Positions 9,629 to 20,202 are shown, numbered from the whole stretch's first letter. The stretch is DNA of 62,265 bases, filler included, from 7 parts of 7 records of this genome joined end to end with filler, not necessarily neighbours in it, one strand, 5' to 3'. The notes: generated by a model not told the origin, from the letters alone. Translations and numbers: made by a program.

Positions 9629-11749
9629 TTGAAAACAATACCATTAAAATACCGATTGCTCATTCTTTTTATAGGAATAGGTTTAAGTAGTATGCTGGCT
9701 GTGAGTATTTACTATTTTAAAATGAATGAGCAAGCCATCAACCAAAGAACCTTCGAGCAGCTAACTGCAATTCGTGTGCTTAAGCAAAGGCAATTGGAAT
9801 CATTTATTAACGACCGCAAAAACGAAACACACTTATTGGCCTCATCTTCTAACGCTAAAAATTTATCAATTGAGATACATAAAGCACAAAGAGACACTTT
9901 ACAAATTCAAAAATACCTGGCTGACATCTTGAATTTTGTGAACAATAGTCCGCATTACGATTATTTAATCTTAGGAAGCAGTGGCGATCTTTTAGTAAAT
10001 AAAATCTCTAAAAGTGATAGCCCAATAAGCTATGAGTTTAGAGATTCGGAATTAAACCTTGAACATTTATATAAAACGGTCAATCAAAAAAACTCAAAAT
10101 CATATGCCGGGATTTCTGATTTTAATCTTGAATTACAATCAGAAGATCCGGGAATGTATGTCGTAAGCAAAATACCAATATCAAATAAACTTGAAAGCTT
10201 CATTGCGCTGCGCATTTCTTTAAAAGCGATCAATGACATAATGCTGGAAGAATCAGCTGCCTCAGGGTTTGGGTTGAGCGGGGAATCATACCTTGTAGGT
10301 GAAGATTATTTAATGCGAAGCACCAGTAGGTTTAAGTCTAACAGTGTATTAAAAACTAAAGTAAAAACAAAAGCAAGTATAAATGCACAAGATGATATTA
10401 CCGGCACTGATATAGTTCAGGATTATCGGGATATTACAGTTTTCAGTGCATACGGACCTCTTTCTATACCAGAGCTAAAATGGTCCATATTGGCTGAAAT
10501 TGACTTTGATGAAGCCATGATACCACTTCATAGAAGTAGAAATGATATTTTGTATATTAGTTTACTTTTGGGAATCATCATCATTGGCCTATCATTTTTC
10601 TTTGCTTCACACATAATAGCACCAATACGGAAACTAAAAGATGCCACCCAGCAAATTGAAGAAGGAAACTACGATGTTAATATTCAGATTTCAACAAACG
10701 ACGAAGTTGGAAACCTGGTTGCTGCATTCAACAGCATGGCTAAAACAATTTTGAAACAAACCAGTGAATTGAAAGAAAGGGAAGAACGACTCACCCATTT
10801 TTATAATGCTACAATGGATGGCATATACCTGCATAAAAAAGGTAAAACTATACTGGTTAATAAGGCAATGGAGGAGCTTACAGGTTATAAAACCAAAGAG
10901 TTGATGAAAATGCAACTTGACCAGATTATTCTTCCAAAGGAAAGTGCAGATGAATCAAATCACGAAACTATTGCACAAAAAAAATCAGGAGAACGCATCC
11001 CGGTTGAAATCCAAAAAGGCACCATTGATTATAAAGGAGAAAAAATTGAAGCATGTGTAATTCGTGACATCACTAAACGCAAAAGTATTGAACGGGATTT
11101 GGAGAGAGAAAGGGAACAAAAACTTTCAGCCGTTTATGATGGACAAGAACAAGAGCGAAAAAGGATCAGCCAGGACTTGCATGATGGATTAGGACAAAAA
11201 ATGATTGCTTTGAAACTTTTTATGGAAAGTGCAGAACCAGAAAACAAAGCAGAAACAGAAAATACAATTCAAAAAATCAAAGCCGAACTGGATGATTTAA
11301 TCTCTGAAACCCGACAAATATCGACTGATATTATGCCACCAGTTTTGGTAGAGTTTGGTTTGGATAGAGCATTAAAACAACTTTGTAATAATGCTACATC
11401 CTCAGGTGGTACAACCATTATTTATGATGCTATTGGAAAAGATTTCCAATCTGATAATAAAACAATTACATACCTTTACCGCATAGCTCAGGAATCTATT
11501 TCGAATGCCCTCAAACATGGAAACTCAGATGAAATAAAAGTACAACTCATTGAAAGCAAAGAACATATTAGTCTTATGATTGAGGACAATGGAAAAGGAT
11601 TCAATATCAATAAAATTAAAGAAAAGAGTGGTAATGGAATTTACAATATGCGAGAACGAATTAAAATATTAAATGGTAAATTTGAGATCACTTCTGAAGA
11701 AAAATCAGGAACACTCATTAAAGTAAGAGTTCCTAAAAAACAGAGTTGA
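9629..11749 (+). CDS. Membrane sensor histidine kinase (Cache-like periplasmic region, HAMP, PAS, HisKA_3, HATPase)
   Basis: Two TM helices, HAMP (DEVGNLVAAFNSM), ERKRISQDLHDGLGQ H-box, ESISNALKH and EDNGKGF. Confidence 0.9.
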   Translation: MKTIPLKYRLLILFIGIGLSSMLAVSIYYFKMNEQAINQRTFEQLTAIRVLKQRQLESFINDRKNETHLLASSSNAKNLSIEIHKAQRDTLQIQKYLADILNFVNNSPHYDYLILGSSGDLLVNKISKSDSPISYEFRDSELNLEHLYKTVNQKNSKSYAGISDFNLELQSEDPGMYVVSKIPISNKLESFIALRISLKAINDIMLEESAASGFGLSGESYLVGEDYLMRSTSRFKSNSVLKTKVKTKASINAQDDITGTDIVQDYRDITVFSAYGPLSIPELKWSILAEIDFDEAMIPLHRSRNDILYISLLLGIIIIGLSFFFASHIIAPIRKLKDATQQIEEGNYDVNIQISTNDEVGNLVAAFNSMAKTILKQTSELKEREERLTHFYNATMDGIYLHKKGKTILVNKAMEELTGYKTKELMKMQLDQIILPKESADESNHETIAQKKSGERIPVEIQKGTIDYKGEKIEACVIRDITKRKSIERDLEREREQKLSAVYDGQEQERKRISQDLHDGLGQKMIALKLFMESAEPENKAETENTIQKIKAELDDLISETRQISTDIMPPVLVEFGLDRALKQLCNNATSSGGTTIIYDAIGKDFQSDNKTITYLYRIAQESISNALKHGNSDEIKVQLIESKEHISLMIEDNGKGFNINKIKEKSGNGIYNMRERIKILNGKFEITSEEKSGTLIKVRVPKKQS

Positions 11750-11750
11750 A

Positions 11751-12407
11751 ATGAATGCAATTAAAATAGCCATCATTGATGATCATCAGATAGTTAGAGA
11801 CGGGATAAAATCACTCCTTCAAAATGAAGCTGATATAGAAATTGTAGCAGAAGCAAAATGTGGAGATACTATCGATGAATTGATAGAAAAACATAAGCCT
11901 GAAGTTATTTTAATGGATATTTCTCTGCCCGGCAAATCAGGAATTGAATTATGCAGTCATGTAATGAAACACCACCAAGCAATACAAGTGCTCATACTTT
12001 CAATGTACATGAATGAAGAGTTTATATTAAATGCTATTAAAGCTGGAGCCAAAGGCTATTTGCCAAAAAACACATCAAAACCAGAATTGCTTGAAGCCAT
12101 TAAAACTGTAAACAAAGGAGAAGAATATTACAGCGAAAACATTTCCCAGATTATTCTTAAAAGCTATGTGAAAAACATTAAACAAGAACAAGAAAGTCAG
12201 GAATTAACAGAAACACTCAGCAAACGGGAACTTGAAATTCTAAAGCTTTTCGCCGAAGGACAGACCAACCAGGAAATAGCCGATAATCTTTTTATAAGTA
12301 TCCGCACAGTTGAATCACATAAAAGTCACATTATGCAGAAACTCAACTTAAAATCAAGTGTAGACCTGGTTAAATATGCCATTAAAAATAATATTGTTGA
12401 ATTATAA
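11751..12407 (+). CDS. NarL/LuxR family response regulator
   Basis: DDHQIVRDG, LMDISLP receiver; LSKRELEIL...TVESHKSHIMQKL LuxR HTH. Confidence 0.93.
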   Translation: MNAIKIAIIDDHQIVRDGIKSLLQNEADIEIVAEAKCGDTIDELIEKHKPEVILMDISLPGKSGIELCSHVMKHHQAIQVLILSMYMNEEFILNAIKAGAKGYLPKNTSKPELLEAIKTVNKGEEYYSENISQIILKSYVKNIKQEQESQELTETLSKRELEILKLFAEGQTNQEIADNLFISIRTVESHKSHIMQKLNLKSSVDLVKYAIKNNIVEL

Positions 12408-12636
12408 AAAAATCCTTTTTACGTGTTTTACGTAAAAAGAACAATCTGCAAATCCATACCACCCTCAACATAACTGTCTGATTTACCTAGGCATAACAAT
12501 ATTGCGAAAACCCAAGCCACGAGAACACTTCGTTAACAACTCTGTGATTTACGTATTTAAAATTCGGTACTGGCACTATTCTTTCAAACGATTGCGAAGA
12601 CTACATTTGACATGAATAATCACAAAAAATTATATC

Positions 12637-13458
12637 ATGTTGAAAAAACTATTTACACTATTAGCGATTGTTGGTTTAATAGGAACCATGAACCAGACAA
12701 TTGCCCAGGAAAACACAACTGAGGAATCAGGAATTTTTGATGTTGACTTAGGTGCAGACATTATGAGTCGTTACGTATGGCGTGGTACTCAATTTTCAAC
12801 TGCACCCGTTATTCAACCAGCATTTGAAGTAAGTGCCTTTGGCGTTACTCTTGGTGCTTGGGGTTCTTACTCATTTTTAGGAGTTGCTGATGGTGCTGAA
12901 GCTGATATCTACATTTCATATTCATTTATGGATGATATGTTTACAGCAACAGTAACAGATTATTTCTTCCCTGATGATAATACAGATCGCAACAAATATT
13001 TTAATTATGATGAAGACGAAACTGGTCATATTTTAGAAGGGACGTTGGCATTTAATGGAACAGAAAGCCTTCCACTTTCAGTATTAGTTGCCACCAATTT
13101 TTATGGTGCTGATGCTAAAAAAATAAATGATGATGAAACTGACCTTGAGAACTTCAATCAAGAAGATGGAATTCAATATTCGACTTATTGGGAAGCATCA
13201 TATGCATTTTCAGTAAAGGGTGTTGATATGAGTGCTTTTATTGGTGGTGTATTAAATAAACCAAAAGAAGCTGATGAAGATACATTTTATGTTGGAGAAA
13301 GTGGTTTCTATGGTCAAACAAGAGGTGTTTGTAATCTTGGAATCACTGGTTCAAAAGAATTAAAAGTAACTGAAAGCTATGCTATTCCTATTCAGGCTTC
13401 ATTCATTACTAATCCTATGAGTGGGGATGTGTTTATGGTATTCGGAATCTCATTCTAA
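12637..13458 (+). CDS. Putative outer-membrane beta-barrel (TorF-like porin)
   Basis: Signal peptide, SRYVWRG...PVIQP motif, C-terminal FGISF; directly upstream of amtB; TACATTTG -7 box at 12602. Confidence 0.7.
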   Translation: MLKKLFTLLAIVGLIGTMNQTIAQENTTEESGIFDVDLGADIMSRYVWRGTQFSTAPVIQPAFEVSAFGVTLGAWGSYSFLGVADGAEADIYISYSFMDDMFTATVTDYFFPDDNTDRNKYFNYDEDETGHILEGTLAFNGTESLPLSVLVATNFYGADAKKINDDETDLENFNQEDGIQYSTYWEASYAFSVKGVDMSAFIGGVLNKPKEADEDTFYVGESGFYGQTRGVCNLGITGSKELKVTESYAIPIQASFITNPMSGDVFMVFGISF

Positions 13459-13518
13459 GTAGAGTCCTCCTTTAAACAATTTAATAAAAAACTACTAACT
13501 AACTTAAAATAAAATATC

Positions 13519-14739
13519 ATGTTAAACACAGGTTCAACCGCCTTTATGATATTATGTACCAGTCTGGTTATGCTTATGACACCAGGACTTGCATTTTTCT
13601 ATGGCGGACTAGCAAGTAAAAGAAATATTCTAGGTATCATGGTACAAACATTTGTATCATTAGGTATCACAACTATTATGTGGGTAACTATTGGTTATTC
13701 ATTATGCTTTAGCGGTGGTGAAGGTGGTATTATCGGAAACTTAGACCTTGCGTTATTAAATGGCGTAGCTTTTAATGATATCTACAACCCGGGGTCAGGA
13801 CAGGAATTTCCAACGTTCATTTTCATTGCTTACCAGATGATGTTTGCAATCATAACACCGGCACTGATTACCGGAGCATTTGTAAACCGTATTACATTTA
13901 AATCATATCTTATTTTCCTTGTAGTTTGGCAAGTATTTGTTTACTATCCATTCGTACACATGGTATGGGGTGGTGGAATTTTAGCTGAGTGGGGCGTAAA
14001 AGACTTTGCAGGTGGTATCGTAGTACACGCTACAGCTGGTTTTGCAGCATTGGCTTCTGTAATTTATGTAGGAAAACGTCGCGATACAGCTTCACCTCCC
14101 AACAGTATTCCATTGGTAGCAATTGGTACTGCTCTATTATGGTTTGGGTGGTATGGATTTAATGCCGGAAGTGAATTAGCCGTAGACGAAATTACTACAT
14201 TAGCGTTCTTAAACACTGACGTTGCAGCTTCATTTGCAGCCATTACCTGGTTAGTAATTGAATGGTCACGCTTGAAAAAGCCAAAATTTGTTGGTCTTTT
14301 AACTGGGGCTGTAGCAGGTCTTGCTACCATTACACCAGCAGCTGGATTCGTACCTCTATGGGCAGCCATGGTTATTGGTATTGCAGCCGGTGGACTATGT
14401 TACCTTGCGGTAGAATTAAAAAACAAGCTTGGCTGGGATGATGCATTAGACGTATGGGGTGTTCACGGTATTGGTGGAACACTTGGAACTATTCTATTGG
14501 GTGTGTTTGCAGTAGAAGCTGTAGGTGGTACTTCAGGTCTTATTGAAGGTGATGTAAGTTTCTTCATGAAAGAACTTATTTCAGTTGTAATTGCAGCAAT
14601 ATATGCATTTGCCTTTACCTACGTAATGCTTATCATAATTAATACAATTACCAAAGTTAAAGTATCAGAACTAGAAGAAGACGAAGGACTCGATATGTCA
14701 CTCCACGGTGAGTCCGCCTATGATGAGGGAGCTTTATAG
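13519..14739 (+). CDS. amtB: Ammonium transporter
   Basis: LMTPGLAFFYGG, DFAGGIVVH, LWFGWYGFN, DDALDVWGVHG (both pore histidines present). Confidence 0.97.
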   Translation: MLNTGSTAFMILCTSLVMLMTPGLAFFYGGLASKRNILGIMVQTFVSLGITTIMWVTIGYSLCFSGGEGGIIGNLDLALLNGVAFNDIYNPGSGQEFPTFIFIAYQMMFAIITPALITGAFVNRITFKSYLIFLVVWQVFVYYPFVHMVWGGGILAEWGVKDFAGGIVVHATAGFAALASVIYVGKRRDTASPPNSIPLVAIGTALLWFGWYGFNAGSELAVDEITTLAFLNTDVAASFAAITWLVIEWSRLKKPKFVGLLTGAVAGLATITPAAGFVPLWAAMVIGIAAGGLCYLAVELKNKLGWDDALDVWGVHGIGGTLGTILLGVFAVEAVGGTSGLIEGDVSFFMKELISVVIAAIYAFAFTYVMLIIINTITKVKVSELEEDEGLDMSLHGESAYDEGAL

Positions 14740-14806
14740 GTTTCAACAACTAACCTGAATTATTTGGGTAATAATTAGGGTTTGTAATCTCTTAGGACGC
14801 AGTGAA

Positions 14807-14833
14807 GCGCATCGGAAACGGTGCGCTTTTTTT
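14807..14833 (+). terminator. Intrinsic terminator after amtB
   Basis: GCGCATCG-GAAA-CGGTGCGC followed by a T run. Confidence 0.75.
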
Positions 14834-14915
14834 ATAGCTTTAAATTCAAAAGGTTTTATATCAAAATGTTTTATATTTTTGAAATAAAAAATAACGTGAG
14901 TTAATATAAATAGTT

Positions 14916-16067
14916 ATGAGAAAATTATTTGTTATCATTCTGATTGGAATCTCCAATTTATTACCAGCTCAAATTGAAAACGAGATTAAGTCTTTTGTTG
15001 ATAGTACCAAGTTGATAGTTTTCAATGGCAGAGAACTATTGAATCAACAAATATTAAATGAAAATTATGAAAAGGCTGCTGAGGTGTACGATTACATTCA
15101 AACCAAAACTCAAAATAAAAGAATTAGTGCATTTTTGTATACTGAGTCTGTCTATATTCAAATATTATTGAGGAGGTGGAATTCACTGTCAGACATGCTC
15201 GAAAAATTTGGCAAAGAAAAATATTCTCAAGTGTACCAGGATATGCCTCCAGTCAGCAGATCTTTATATGATGGAATCATTAACAACTATAATGATATTG
15301 TTGCTGATTTAGATCAGGCTGCAATTAGTGAGGAAGACAAGGACTACTTAAAACTATTACTTTTGCTTATTAAAATAGATGTACCAAACGAATTGTATGC
15401 AAAAAAGTATAAAGCATTTAAAAAGACCTATCCGAATACAAAATATAAAAAAGCATTTAATTCATACTTACAAAAACCCGGTGGGCATTATGCGTTAGCA
15501 ATCTCTATGGGTGCATCTTCAATGATGCCTACAGGTAAAATTCAATCAAAATTCCAACAGGGCTGGGGTGCATATATGGCTGTTGATTTCAATATTGAGA
15601 AAATCTATGTTTCGCTTTTTTTAGCAGGTGGCGCTTTTCATGCAAAAGATGATTTTACCATAAGCGATGGTGAAGAACTTCTTTTTGAAAAAGATGATTA
15701 TTTAAATCACATAAGTGTAGGTGTGTCTATGGGGTATTTTCTAAAGAGATCAAAAAAATGGCATGTAACTCCATTCATAGGTTTTAATAACACTACAATT
15801 ACCAGTGACAAATATAACCCTGATGAAGACAAACCAGAAAATAACACCACACTATATAAGACCCCAGCTATGAGCGCCGGAATACATACCGAATTCAAAT
15901 TATGGGAGTATACGCCAAAATATCAATATTATGGAGCGCTACCAGGTTATTTCAGCTTGAAACTTGATATCTCCTATTTGAAAGGTCTTAGCTATAAACA
16001 CAACAATCTTACTGGTGATTATTTCATGGCCAATTTGGGTTTTGTAATTGGAATGGGTGACTTTTAA
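14916..16067 (+). CDS. Secreted hypothetical protein with probable C-terminal beta-barrel
   Basis: Signal peptide, helical N-half, beta-strand-like C-half ending in F. Confidence 0.6.
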   Translation: MRKLFVIILIGISNLLPAQIENEIKSFVDSTKLIVFNGRELLNQQILNENYEKAAEVYDYIQTKTQNKRISAFLYTESVYIQILLRRWNSLSDMLEKFGKEKYSQVYQDMPPVSRSLYDGIINNYNDIVADLDQAAISEEDKDYLKLLLLLIKIDVPNELYAKKYKAFKKTYPNTKYKKAFNSYLQKPGGHYALAISMGASSMMPTGKIQSKFQQGWGAYMAVDFNIEKIYVSLFLAGGAFHAKDDFTISDGEELLFEKDDYLNHISVGVSMGYFLKRSKKWHVTPFIGFNNTTITSDKYNPDEDKPENNTTLYKTPAMSAGIHTEFKLWEYTPKYQYYGALPGYFSLKLDISYLKGLSYKHNNLTGDYFMANLGFVIGMGDF

Positions 16068-16305
16068 ATAGTTTATATGTATTTATTGATGCAGCAATTA
16101 GCAGTCACTAATAAAAAATAATACTAACCGAGATTTGTCATTAGGAATTTGAAAAATATTATAAGACAACTGGAGTGAAACGGAGATCAACGCCAGCTAA
16201 TTTTGGGATCAAGAGGAGTACTTATTCTGAACAACCATCTAAAGATAAATCAAAAAAACTACTTCATTTTCAGAAATAGGTTTGCCAGAATTACAGCAAA
16301 TATAT

Positions 16306-17004
16306 TTATTGATAAATAAGTACAACCTCATCGGCCTTTATGGTATCTCCATTATCTGCAGCTACAACATCTCCCTTAAAAAACACTGAGTCTCCTTTTT
16401 CAATAAACTCCTTACTTGAAAAATTCAAAATAGGTCTATTCCGATATTTCTTCTTACGATATAATTCTACTTTATTAGGTAATAATCTACCCTTACCAAA
16501 TCCAAATTTGCACTTTCTAGTTCTTTTGTCTACTTTAAACAACTTTGAAACAACATACACACTATCGCATGTAAAACGCACCTGATAACCAAATAATTCT
16601 TCTCGATCACTATTGGTTATTGTACTTGAGTAATTTCTAAAAACCATCAGCCTGTCATCGCTCTTGGGTTCTATTTCTGGTTCTTCACTTTGCTGGCCTA
16701 TAGCTGTGATAAGTACAACACTTATTAACAAAGAGATTGCAACTGCAATTTTTGCCACCTTATTGGTTTTCAAACTGAGCCAATTGCTTTTGCCTTCATT
16801 AGAGGTTTTTGCTTGCTTCTCATCTTTAAAATCAAGCGCAGCATAAATTAAATTCAAGGTTGAGCTTCTGGGTGTAACCTCGCCAGATTCTATTCTTTGA
16901 AGTGTACGAACACTTAAATTACATTTTTCTACTAATTCTTCTTGCGTTAATTCTTTTGCTTTTCTTAATTCAGCAATTCGTATACCTAATTCCGGTTGAT
17001 TCAT
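16306..17004 (-). CDS. XRE HTH regulator with TM helix and C-terminal extracytoplasmic domain
   Basis: IAELRKAKELTQEELVEKCNLSVRTLQRIESG, followed by a hydrophobic helix. Confidence 0.8.
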   Translation of the reverse strand: MNQPELGIRIAELRKAKELTQEELVEKCNLSVRTLQRIESGEVTPRSSTLNLIYAALDFKDEKQAKTSNEGKSNWLSLKTNKVAKIAVAISLLISVVLITAIGQQSEEPEIEPKSDDRLMVFRNYSSTITNSDREELFGYQVRFTCDSVYVVSKLFKVDKRTRKCKFGFGKGRLLPNKVELYRKKKYRNRPILNFSSKEFIEKGDSVFFKGDVVAADNGDTIKADEVVLIYQ

Positions 17005-17177
17005 AGTCTGTTGTTTTTTTGATACAAGAATATGAATTTGTTAATAAAAGACACCTGTAATTATGCAACTTTTCACACGACTTTTCACACGACAACCACC
17101 CGACATCCTTGCAATACCCTCAATAACAATCACATAAAACACTCATGCATGATAAATTTAGAGTAAGAATTATTGAT

Positions 17178-17669
17178 TTAATCTATCCCTGCAAAATCAC
17201 TATAACCTTGCACATAAATATACTGAGCAGTTTCATTCCAAACAACAGTTGCAGAAACAGTTCTGTCATCACTTCCCCAATGAGTAATAGTTCCATCAAA
17301 TGTGTTTGTATAGCCAGCCTGTTCATATAAAAAAATCTGATTCCCGGTACCATCATCTACAGTAAGTCTATAAATGGCATAGTTTGAGTTTGGAATATTC
17401 AGAGTTAAAAATGCATGCTCTCCAGGAGCAATTGTTTCTCCAGTTGTTAATACATTTGAACTAAATTCTCCAGTTGGCTCGGGAATTTCTCCTCCGGCCT
17501 CTCCCATCACTAATATTCTAATGCCTGTTATTGTATATTCAGAACCAGCCTCGTTTTCAAATTTCACATAGAGAGTTTTGTTTTCAGGATCGTCTGATTC
17601 TTCATCACAACTAATTAAGATGAGTGCCATTAATGGAATAAATAACAATACTAATAATTTCAGATTCAT
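17178..17669 (-). CDS. Lipoprotein of unknown function
   Basis: Lipobox LISC followed by acidic DEESDD, like a Bacteroidota surface-export signal. Confidence 0.7.
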   Translation of the reverse strand: MNLKLLVLLFIPLMALILISCDEESDDPENKTLYVKFENEAGSEYTITGIRILVMGEAGGEIPEPTGEFSSNVLTTGETIAPGEHAFLTLNIPNSNYAIYRLTVDDGTGNQIFLYEQAGYTNTFDGTITHWGSDDRTVSATVVWNETAQYIYVQGYSDFAGID

Positions 17670-17725
17670 GATGTTAATATTTTAGTAATAAATATTTATT
17701 TACGTGAGTTTCTAAGATTTGGTTA

Positions 17726-19432
17726 TCATTTGGATTCAATAATTTCAATCGCCTTTTCCAACATCTCATCTCTCCCTGCCCTAATACCTTCAATTGTTGG
17801 TTTTATTTCTATGTCCGGGACAATGCCTACACGTTGCGTTTCTCTGCCATCCGGGTAATAAATGCCAATTCCACTGATCATTGTGCGAATTCCCCCGGGT
17901 AAAAAAATCTCAGATACGTTTCCATCTGCTCCTGCGGTAGTTGATCCTATTACAATTGCATTAGGAGCGGTTTGGTAAGCCATGGCATGAAACTCTGCCG
18001 AGCTTTGTGTATTTTCATTCACTAATATAATTACTTTGCCTTTGTAATAGTCTGGGTTGCGTTCGCCAACATATAAAGTTCTGGTGAATTTAAATAAGCC
18101 CGGTTCTTTATAAATCACATTTGAAATTTTAGTAAAAGGGGTTTTATTTGGCACCAATAACTCAGCAAATTTATACAATACAAAATCGCTTGGATAATTT
18201 CTTATATCAATTATTAGTCCTTTGGTATCTTTGAATTTAGGCCACAAATCATCTAATTCAATTTTCTTTATTATACCATTGTTTATATATGCTATATCAG
18301 GACGCACCTTTTTGAACATATCCTCATCTTTACTCTTTTTATTATTGAGTAGCTCTTTCATAGAATAAGTGGGCAAATCCATTTTCATATGTTTTCCATC
18401 CCTATCAATTTCTACATTGATTGATTTTCCAGTACTTCTCAAAATTTTACCTGATAAATTCCTCAGTTTTGTGGCATAATTGGAAGCAGGATTATATGGT
18501 AATTTCTCTTCTAAAATCTCGGGTATTGTTTTTCCGTCAACAGAAAAGATTATATCTCCAATTTTCAAAGGCATCTCAAACCCAACATGGGAATAATCTG
18601 TTACTACCAGCTTCTCCTCCACAAAGGAAAGCTTTACCGGAACCCTGTTTGATCCAAAATGATGCGTAAGTGTGGTATCCGGACCATAATATTGCGCATG
18701 TGTATCATGCACCTCGCCAATAAGCTTGACAAGAGCTAGTTTATATTCAATTTCGTTGCTTGCCTCAACCATTATTGGAATAAACTCTTCCATCACCTCT
18801 TTCCAGTCTTTTTCAATCAGATTTTTATACGGAAAATAGTATTGAATCATATTCCAATATCGAAACAAAGCCAATAAACGATAACCCACATCCGAATAGT
18901 TCATTGATTCATATTTGGCTTCATTTCTAAAAATTGGGTTGGCTACATTCAAATTGCCGCTAACATAATAGTGCCAGTATCCTCTTTTCGACTGCTTCAC
19001 GTCATTCAGTTTCGATTGCAAATCAGCACTAAACCCTGAACTATTTATCCATTCCATATCTGGCTTAATTTTTATTTCAACCTCATCGTGTTCTTCAGGT
19101 TCTGTCTCTATTTCAAATGCCCCTAAACTATTGATCCAGTTAGAAAGCACTTTATCTCTCTCTATTTCATCTTCGCAATCCAAAATTTCTGGCAGTATTT
19201 TAAAAAGCTCAAAGTCCCAGTTATACTCACCAGAAGCAACTTCAGGATGGTAGTATTTGAGAAAACCCCATACTAATCCGAGTATTTTTAAATTCTGGAC
19301 ATTTGTAGGTGATAAATTTTGAATTTCAATACCAGAGCCTTTTTCGAAATACTTATCATCTTTTGTTTTAAAATAATTACAAGAACTAAAAAGAAACAGA
19401 AAAGACAGAATGGTTACAATAGCTTTTTTCAT
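17726..19432 (-). CDS. S41 family peptidase (lipoprotein, PDZ)
   Basis: Lipobox FSSC; VWGFLKYYHP, IIDIRNYP, TQSSAE, GSTTAGADGN, GIVPDI. Confidence 0.9.
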   Translation of the reverse strand: MKKAIVTILSFLFLFSSCNYFKTKDDKYFEKGSGIEIQNLSPTNVQNLKILGLVWGFLKYYHPEVASGEYNWDFELFKILPEILDCEDEIERDKVLSNWINSLGAFEIETEPEEHDEVEIKIKPDMEWINSSGFSADLQSKLNDVKQSKRGYWHYYVSGNLNVANPIFRNEAKYESMNYSDVGYRLLALFRYWNMIQYYFPYKNLIEKDWKEVMEEFIPIMVEASNEIEYKLALVKLIGEVHDTHAQYYGPDTTLTHHFGSNRVPVKLSFVEEKLVVTDYSHVGFEMPLKIGDIIFSVDGKTIPEILEEKLPYNPASNYATKLRNLSGKILRSTGKSINVEIDRDGKHMKMDLPTYSMKELLNNKKSKDEDMFKKVRPDIAYINNGIIKKIELDDLWPKFKDTKGLIIDIRNYPSDFVLYKFAELLVPNKTPFTKISNVIYKEPGLFKFTRTLYVGERNPDYYKGKVIILVNENTQSSAEFHAMAYQTAPNAIVIGSTTAGADGNVSEIFLPGGIRTMISGIGIYYPDGRETQRVGIVPDIEIKPTIEGIRAGRDEMLEKAIEIIESK

Positions 19433-19574
19433 AGGATATAGGCTAATTAACGTGAGTTCGATGTAAATTATAAANNNNNNNNNNNNNNNNNNNNNNNNNN
19501 NNNNNNNNNNNNNNNNNNTTAATTAATTAANNNNNNNNNNNNNNNNNNNNNNNNNNNNNNNNNNNNNNNNNNNN

Positions 19575-19598
19575 GTTCAATTCCGATCGTTGGCTCCA
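19575..19598 (+). tRNA. 3' end of a tRNA (possibly Thr), truncated by contig start
   Basis: GTTCAATTCCGATCGTTGGCTCCA gives T-loop, 3' acceptor strand and CCA; the anticodon is not visible. Confidence 0.75.
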
Positions 19599-19609
19599 GT
19601 TAAAAAGTA

Positions 19610-19649
19610 AAGCCCCACAGTGCGTTAGAGCATTGTGGGGCTTTTTTTT
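19610..19649 (+). terminator. Intrinsic terminator after tRNA
   Basis: AAGCCCCACAGTGC...GCATTGTGGGGCTT followed by a T run. Confidence 0.8.
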
Positions 19650-19922
19650 GGGTGAAATGAGGTTTAAAGCGTGCGGATGATTTGCGTACAATCTAATGTT
19701 TTGCGTTGTTAAGCGATTGAATTTACCGAGATTATCTGCTGGTACCAACCATATGATCAGAAGGATTATATCTACCAGATAAAAGTCCAGGCTGCCTTTT
19801 ATCCACATTTTGAAGCGAGAGTTGAAAATTACATCTACAGCATTGGATTATTGCCAAATACGTTAGAAGCGTTTGTTGATGTCGATACGATCAACTGGAT
19901 CAGGACTTTATTGAAATTTGCT

Positions 19923-20023
19923 GCAACCAAAGTTGCTCTTGCAACTAAAGTTGCGAGACGTTTTTTTACGCAACAAAAGTAGCTCTTGCTCCGCCTTAAT
20001 AAACTTTTGTCAACAAAAGTTGC
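19923..20023. promoter_or_regulatory. Four palindromic GCAAC-N4-GTTGC boxes (probable activator sites)
   Basis: GCAACCAAAGTTGC 19923, GCAACTAAAGTTGC 19941, GCAACAAAAGTAGC 19970, TCAACAAAAGTTGC 20010. Confidence 0.65.
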
Positions 20024-20146
20024 TAAGAATACATTTATTCATGTCTGTAAATAATGTTTTCATCTGCGTTATATCGTTTTCATAATATGCTTAAATAAAA
20101 GAGTATTTGCTTTAGTTGCTAACGAAGTAAATTTATTAACCCCCTT

Positions 20147-20162
20147 TGGCACGTTCCTTTCA
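20147..20162 (+). promoter_or_regulatory. Probable sigma54 -24/-12 promoter
   Basis: TGGCACG-TTCC-TTTCA: consensus -24, one mismatch in -12. Confidence 0.55.
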
Positions 20163-20202
20163 ATAAGGAGCTTATCATATTCGCTTCAGGAGGTTTTTAT
20201 AT

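Noticed and set aside
19527-19808. 93-aa minus-strand ORF
   Set aside because: Antisense to the tRNA end and its terminator, and runs into the spacer.
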